Assembly (NCBI GenBank): GCA_963693055.1
Contig: OY843751.1
Span: 3,040,001 to 3,104,000 of the forward strand
From: a bacterium
Lineage (GTDB): Bacteria > Zhuqueibacterota > Zhuqueibacteria > Residuimicrobiales > Krinioviventaceae
DNA length: 64,000 nt
Direction of reading: 5' to 3'
Below the pieces are notes generated by a model. That model did not search any database. It worked only from the letters and a program-made list of their open reading frames with translations, and had not been told where the DNA came from. This document shows positions 59,065 through 64,000 of this stretch, one piece after another; within the stretch, counting starts at the first letter, position 1, and every line of letters begins with the position of its first letter. Position numbers and translations under genes: made by a program.

Positions 59065-61323
59065 ATGAATAAAAATCATATACTAATTTTTTCCATACTA
59101 GTCTTTATTAATGGGGTTTTTGCCCAATCCAGCATTTTGCGTTTTTCACCTGGAGCTAAATCCATTACTTTGGGTAGATCAGGTGTTGTTGAAATATATG
59201 ATCCTACCGCATTATATTGGAATCCTGCACTTTTGGGCTATTTGAAACAACAGCAGACTGTAGTTTCTATTAATGAACCTTATCACTTGACCTATACAGG
59301 TTACTCTCAATTTTATCCCATGCTTGGCACTGTTTCTGCAAGTATAGCCCATACCCAAAAAGATATCTCAGGTACCGAACTATATAGCCTGGGTTGGGGA
59401 AAACAAATTAGCAAATTTGTCTATACCGGTATAGGTATCAATAATGCAATAACAGAGACTGAAAATTGGGTATCATTTGGAGCTGGTTTTTATATAAGGG
59501 CTGACAACAATCCCAATTCAATTTACAAAAGATTCCCCCCCCTTTCCTTTCTTGAATCACCGGCTTTCAGAGATCGTTTAACTTTGGGTATGAGTGTACA
59601 ACATGTACCGCTAACAGAACAACAGCATTCACATCAAACTCGTGTAGGTGCGTCCTATAGACTTACTCCGGATGGATTCACAATCGTGTTTGCATACCAC
59701 ATGCAAAGCGTTGAAAACACCTCTCATTTGAGTTTCATCCTCCCCATCCAAAGAAACATAAAGTTCATAGCAGGTATAATGGATTACAAATTTAATCAAA
59801 CTGCACTGGGTGCAGAGATTAATATGAAAAGTTTTGACTTACAATTAGCCTATGATTATGATTCCAAACGAATTGTTTTTTCCACTGCCATTCCGGTTGG
59901 AACATCGTATATTAAACGCTCTGAAGAAGAGCATGAACTGGCAAAAAAAGCGATAGAGAATCAATTGCCCCATGAAGCATTATATTATACAAAACGTGCA
60001 CTTGATTTGGATCCGGATAACTCTAAAGCAGAAAAATATTTTCAAACGCTGTCTCCATTGATTATACAAAATACTATTAAAGCAAAAAAGACACTCAAAA
60101 CCGCCATGGAACTTGAAAAAAATGAATGGTATATAAGTGCTGCCATGCATTACATGCAAGTATTGAAATTAGAGCCAGATAATATACAAGCTCAAGCTGC
60201 ATTAGAAAGAATACGCCCCAAAGTCAATGTTCATACGGAACGTCGATTTCAGTTAGGCGTAGCTACCTTTGAAAAGAATGAATTACTTAAAGCCAAAGAA
60301 ATTTTTGAATCAATTCTACTAGTAAGACCAGATCACCAAAAATCCGAACAATACCTTGCAGACACCAACGCGCGGTTATACAAGCAGGCAGAGAATCACT
60401 TTTTTGCTGGTCTGGGTTATTACAGTCAGAAAAAATATGACCTGGCCGAAAATGAATTCAAAAGCGCTCTTGTATTTTATCCTGCATATAATGATGCAAG
60501 TGAATATATTGAAAGAATTGAACGCGACAGGGCAAACAATATTAAACGCATAGATGAATTATTACAAGAATCACAAAATCTTGAAGCACGCAAGCTATGG
60601 CTTCAGGCCATAGAACGTTACAAGCAGATTCTTGAAATCGATAACAGTAATCAGGTAGCATTAGATAAAATCAGCTTTATAAATCAAAAAGTTGATCAAA
60701 TAATTAATCAATATATTAGAAATGGTAAAAATCAGTTTAACCAGGGTAACTATTCATCTGCGAAAACAATATTTAACAAAATCCTCAAACTAGATTCAAA
60801 CAATACCACAGCCAGGCAATATTTAAATTCAATTGACGATAAAACCAGCGGCAAGACTATCGCGTTTATTGACAGAGCCCAAATTCATATAGATAGTGAA
60901 AATTATACACTGGCACTTGCCGTTCTTGATAGTGCTCTTGTTGAAAATCCTGATTTTTCAACAGCTGTTAATATGCGCAAAGATGTTATTAACCATATGG
61001 ATACCCGTCAAATGCTAAGTAATGCATTGCGTGAGTATCAAAACCAGAATTATCTCGAGTCAATGGAAATTTGCAACCAGATACTAATCAAAGATCCTGA
61101 AAACATTCAAGCATTACGTTACCTCGAACAGTGCCAGAGAAAACTGAACGAACAGGTTGATGATTATTTCAACAAGGGTCTTGAAATGTATACAAAGGAA
61201 AATTATCGCACCGCAATACTCATGTGGGACAAGGCGCTTGAAATTAATCCCTACCACCGTGGATCGCTCGAATACAGAAAAAGAGCTATTGACCGGTTAA
61301 AAGCAATAGAACAACTCCAATAA
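59065..61323 (+). CDS. PorV-like barrel fused to a long C-terminal TPR array
   Basis: Signal peptide; SPGAKSITLG...PTALYWNPALLG PorV-type N-terminus; about 460 aa of TPR repeats (L.LDPDN..A). Confidence 0.7.
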   Translation: MNKNHILIFSILVFINGVFAQSSILRFSPGAKSITLGRSGVVEIYDPTALYWNPALLGYLKQQQTVVSINEPYHLTYTGYSQFYPMLGTVSASIAHTQKDISGTELYSLGWGKQISKFVYTGIGINNAITETENWVSFGAGFYIRADNNPNSIYKRFPPLSFLESPAFRDRLTLGMSVQHVPLTEQQHSHQTRVGASYRLTPDGFTIVFAYHMQSVENTSHLSFILPIQRNIKFIAGIMDYKFNQTALGAEINMKSFDLQLAYDYDSKRIVFSTAIPVGTSYIKRSEEEHELAKKAIENQLPHEALYYTKRALDLDPDNSKAEKYFQTLSPLIIQNTIKAKKTLKTAMELEKNEWYISAAMHYMQVLKLEPDNIQAQAALERIRPKVNVHTERRFQLGVATFEKNELLKAKEIFESILLVRPDHQKSEQYLADTNARLYKQAENHFFAGLGYYSQKKYDLAENEFKSALVFYPAYNDASEYIERIERDRANNIKRIDELLQESQNLEARKLWLQAIERYKQILEIDNSNQVALDKISFINQKVDQIINQYIRNGKNQFNQGNYSSAKTIFNKILKLDSNNTTARQYLNSIDDKTSGKTIAFIDRAQIHIDSENYTLALAVLDSALVENPDFSTAVNMRKDVINHMDTRQMLSNALREYQNQNYLESMEICNQILIKDPENIQALRYLEQCQRKLNEQVDDYFNKGLEMYTKENYRTAILMWDKALEINPYHRGSLEYRKRAIDRLKAIEQLQ

Positions 61324-61347
61324 AAATCAATAAATACCACATAGCTA

Positions 61348-61376
61348 TTGATTATTGTGATTTCTCTTATTAATTT
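61348..61376 (+). promoter_or_regulatory. Putative sigma70 promoter for cobB and the TPR lipoprotein
   Basis: TTGATT-N17-TAATTT. Confidence 0.4.
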
Positions 61377-61416
61377 AAAAACTACGGAACTTGAGAGCGT
61401 TTTAGCCATTTAATGA

Positions 61417-62169
61417 ATGAGTTATATTGATTCAAAAATTTTGAAACAGATATCTAATGCTCAAAATGTTGTAATACTAACAGGAGCAGGTATTAGTGCG
61501 GAAAGTGGTGTTCCCACATTTCGAGGTAACGAAGGTCTTTGGAAAAACATTGATCCTATCAAACTTGCCAGTCAGGAAGCTTTCAGTAAGAATCCGGAAT
61601 TAGTATGGGAATGGTATGAATACCGAAAGTCCATTATTAATTCGGTTAAACCGAATCCAGGTCATTACGCACTTTATGAATTAGAAACATTGTTCAATAC
61701 CTTTACTCTTTGTACTCAAAATGTGGATGGTTTGCATCAAATGGCTGGTAGTAAAAATGTACTAGAGTTACATGGTAATATCCATAAAAGCCGTTGCAAC
61801 CGCTGTTATCAGAACTATGACAATATACACTATTCAAAAACAACAGAACTGCCCAAATGCACATGTGGCGCTTTGCTAAGACCAAATGTTGTTTGGTTCG
61901 GTGAAAACCTTCCAGAGGATGTTATTGAAGCATCTTTCAAAGCAGCGGTATCAGCCAATGTATTCATAGTTGCAGGAACTTCATCTGTTGTTTATCCTGC
62001 AGCCATGCTTCCACAAGAAGCGAGTAAAAATGGTGCATTGCTAATTGAAATTAACATGACAGAAACACCTCTTACTCCACTTGTTGACCAATTTATACCA
62101 GGTAAAACAGGTGAAAAAATACCAGAGTTGCTAAAGTCAATACATACATTTAGGAAAATCAATGCTTGA
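61417..62169 (+). CDS. cobB: NAD-dependent deacylase (class III sirtuin)
   Basis: TGAGISAESGVPTFRG, WYEYR (YxxR), TQNVDGLH, ELHG, RPNVVWFGE. Confidence 0.95.
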   Translation: MSYIDSKILKQISNAQNVVILTGAGISAESGVPTFRGNEGLWKNIDPIKLASQEAFSKNPELVWEWYEYRKSIINSVKPNPGHYALYELETLFNTFTLCTQNVDGLHQMAGSKNVLELHGNIHKSRCNRCYQNYDNIHYSKTTELPKCTCGALLRPNVVWFGENLPEDVIEASFKAAVSANVFIVAGTSSVVYPAAMLPQEASKNGALLIEINMTETPLTPLVDQFIPGKTGEKIPELLKSIHTFRKINA

Positions 62170-64000
62170 CAGAAAATATTTTAAAATTGTTTTATTCATA
62201 ATTCCAACGTTTGTACTCTTGTTTTCAGGCTGTGCATATTATAACACGTTTTACAATGCTAAACAGTTTTATAAAGATGCAGAAAAAGACAGAATAGAGC
62301 GTGAAAAGAAAATGGTTGTTGAGCTTACCGAACAGGAAAAAGCAGAAAGAAAAAAAGCCGGTGAAGCCACGATAAATGCTTCTGAAAAACCCAGTCAGCA
62401 GGAAATGCAAAACTACCAAAAAGCTATTGAACGAGCATCAAGAGTTTTGGAATTTTATCCGGATAGCAAGTATGTTGATGATGCACTGATGTTATTGGGA
62501 AGATGCTTTTATTATCGCCAGGAATACAAAAAATCACAACGAAAATTTGAAGAGATTATGCAATTATACCCGGATAGTGATTTTATTCCGGAAGCGAAAT
62601 TATTAATGGCAAAATGCCAACTAGGATTGGAAGAATTTGATACAGCAGAAACACAATTTTTAAATTTATCTATTGCTAAAAATACCCCCAAGGAAATTCA
62701 GGAAGAAGCCAAATTTGAGCTTGCCGGTTTGTATTTTAAAAAGCAAAGTTATGAACTGGCCGCTCAAAACTATGCCAGTTCTGCCCAAGAAGCCGATGAT
62801 AAACTCATTCGTGCCATGTCGCTCTATAGATTGGGTGAATGTAATATTGAATTGCAAGACTTTCAGGAAGCTATTAATCTTTTTAAACGATCTGCTAAAG
62901 AAAGCCCAAATGAAGAATTTAAATCTCAGGCGACATATAAACTAGGGGCCGCATATGGTTTTGCAGGAGAATATGATAACGCAATTGAAACATATGACAA
63001 GCTATTATCTACAGAATATGACGACACACGTATCCCTATGATCAAACTGGCACTTGCTGAAAACCTGCATAAAAAAGGAGAATTGGAAGAAGCTGTAAAT
63101 TGGTATCTTAATATTATTGAAGAACATAAACGTACAGATGCTTCAGCAAGAAGTTATTATGCTTTGGGTACAATAGAAGAGTATATCAACAAGGATTATC
63201 AAAGAGCCAAAGAAAATTATGATATGGTACGAAGTGAATTTGCTAATTCACTTATCGCACCAGACGCAAAAGACAGATCTGATAATATTCGAATATTATT
63301 GGATTTGAATAAAGAAATAGCCAAACTGGAAGGAAGATATGTAGAAACTGATTCCACGGAAGGCGAAGGTGATCCCAATCAATTGGCAGAACGGGAGCAA
63401 CGCGATGATGCCCCCATTAGTCTCTCCAGTGATGGAATGTGGATAAATTATGCAGGCAGACATCGTCCACCTCCAGCAACATTACTCGATCTTACGGATG
63501 AAGACCTGGAGCGTTCAGCAATTGCTACGCAAATGTCAGCAACAGCAGATTCAACAGATTCCACAGGAGCCAAAATTGCAACCAAACCCGCGATGCTAGA
63601 CAGTGCCGCACTGGCAGAAATGAAAGCAAAACAGGAACGAGAAAAAATCTTTATCCTTGCTGAAAAACGAATGGCACTTGCTGAAATTTTATTTTTCAAC
63701 TTTGACAAGCCGGATTCAGCAGCCAGATTGTATGAAACAATAATTGAAAATCAAGTAGACTCTTCTATTTCAACGAGTGCAATGTATTCTTTGGGATATT
63801 TATATAAAAATGTATTGCAGGATTCAATAAAAGCCGATTCAGTATTACACTCTCTCATTACTTTTAGTCCAGAAAGCGAACAAGCCAAAGGCGCCAAAAA
63901 GTTATTGGGTTTAGCCATTGTTGAAGATAAAATAGACTCTGCGTTTATCTATTTTAAAAAAGCAGAAAATGCCTATTGGGAAGAAGAAAACCCTGATAAA
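62162..64000 (+). CDS. TPR lipoprotein, PorW/SprE-like (partial, runs off the window; not in ORF track)
   Basis: Manual translation MLDRKYFKIVLFIIPTFVLLFSG-CAYYNTFYNAKQ (lipobox); KAIERASRVLEFYPDSKYVDDALMLLG; the same frame is still open at the window end. Confidence 0.75.
   Translation, partial: MLDRKYFKIVLFIIPTFVLLFSGCAYYNTFYNAKQFYKDAEKDRIEREKKMVVELTEQEKAERKKAGEATINASEKPSQQEMQNYQKAIERASRVLEFYPDSKYVDDALMLLGRCFYYRQEYKKSQRKFEEIMQLYPDSDFIPEAKLLMAKCQLGLEEFDTAETQFLNLSIAKNTPKEIQEEAKFELAGLYFKKQSYELAAQNYASSAQEADDKLIRAMSLYRLGECNIELQDFQEAINLFKRSAKESPNEEFKSQATYKLGAAYGFAGEYDNAIETYDKLLSTEYDDTRIPMIKLALAENLHKKGELEEAVNWYLNIIEEHKRTDASARSYYALGTIEEYINKDYQRAKENYDMVRSEFANSLIAPDAKDRSDNIRILLDLNKEIAKLEGRYVETDSTEGEGDPNQLAEREQRDDAPISLSSDGMWINYAGRHRPPPATLLDLTDEDLERSAIATQMSATADSTDSTGAKIATKPAMLDSAALAEMKAKQEREKIFILAEKRMALAEILFFNFDKPDSAARLYETIIENQVDSSISTSAMYSLGYLYKNVLQDSIKADSVLHSLITFSPESEQAKGAKKLLGLAIVEDKIDSAFIYFKKAENAYWEEENPDK

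Noticed and set aside
55798-62169. HIT, MazG, cyclase and sirtuin as a possible anti-phage nucleotide-signalling or defence island
   Set aside because: All are housekeeping types (tandem-domain MazG, class III CobB, Fhit-like HIT), on mixed strands, with no mobile or defence context

Overview
AT-rich (roughly one-third GC by eye), gene-dense chromosomal window from a diderm bacterium. It is most likely an FCB-group lineage outside Bacteroidia (e.g. KSB1/Calditrichota-like; inference). The reasons are T9SS-type genes (two PorV-family barrels, a CTD-bearing cargo, a PorW/SprE-like lipoprotein) together with canonical GGAG Shine-Dalgarno sites and TTG-N17-TA sigma70-like promoters. Most genes are core functions: ttcA, dinB, sod, gcvH/PA/PB, accBC, efp, gatAB, two tatA, pssA/psd, purB, htrA, truA, mazG, cobB. 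I saw no rRNA, tRNA, CRISPR array, transposase or prophage. Three CDS absent from the ORF track were recovered: a GT4 N-terminus at 1-68, a second tatA at 36196-36372, and a PorW/SprE-like lipoprotein from 62162 to the window end. The most notable signals are: (i) an envelope module of porV, an M6 protease lacking all Zn ligands, a peptidase/propeller/Omp85 fusion, two DUF5683-like paralogs and amj, preceded by a ~200-nt structured leader with a terminator-like hairpin; (ii) an operon of a 1000-aa TPR protein, a short TonB-dependent-like barrel, ExbB, ExbD and TonB; (iii) an OPT transporter, a PqqD/RRE protein and a degenerate M29 peptidase; (iv) several full-length proteins with eroded catalytic motifs (PurC-like, FadD-like, M6, M29, EF-G2, REC-pseudoDHp). 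All family calls come from motif recognition by eye; no searches were run.
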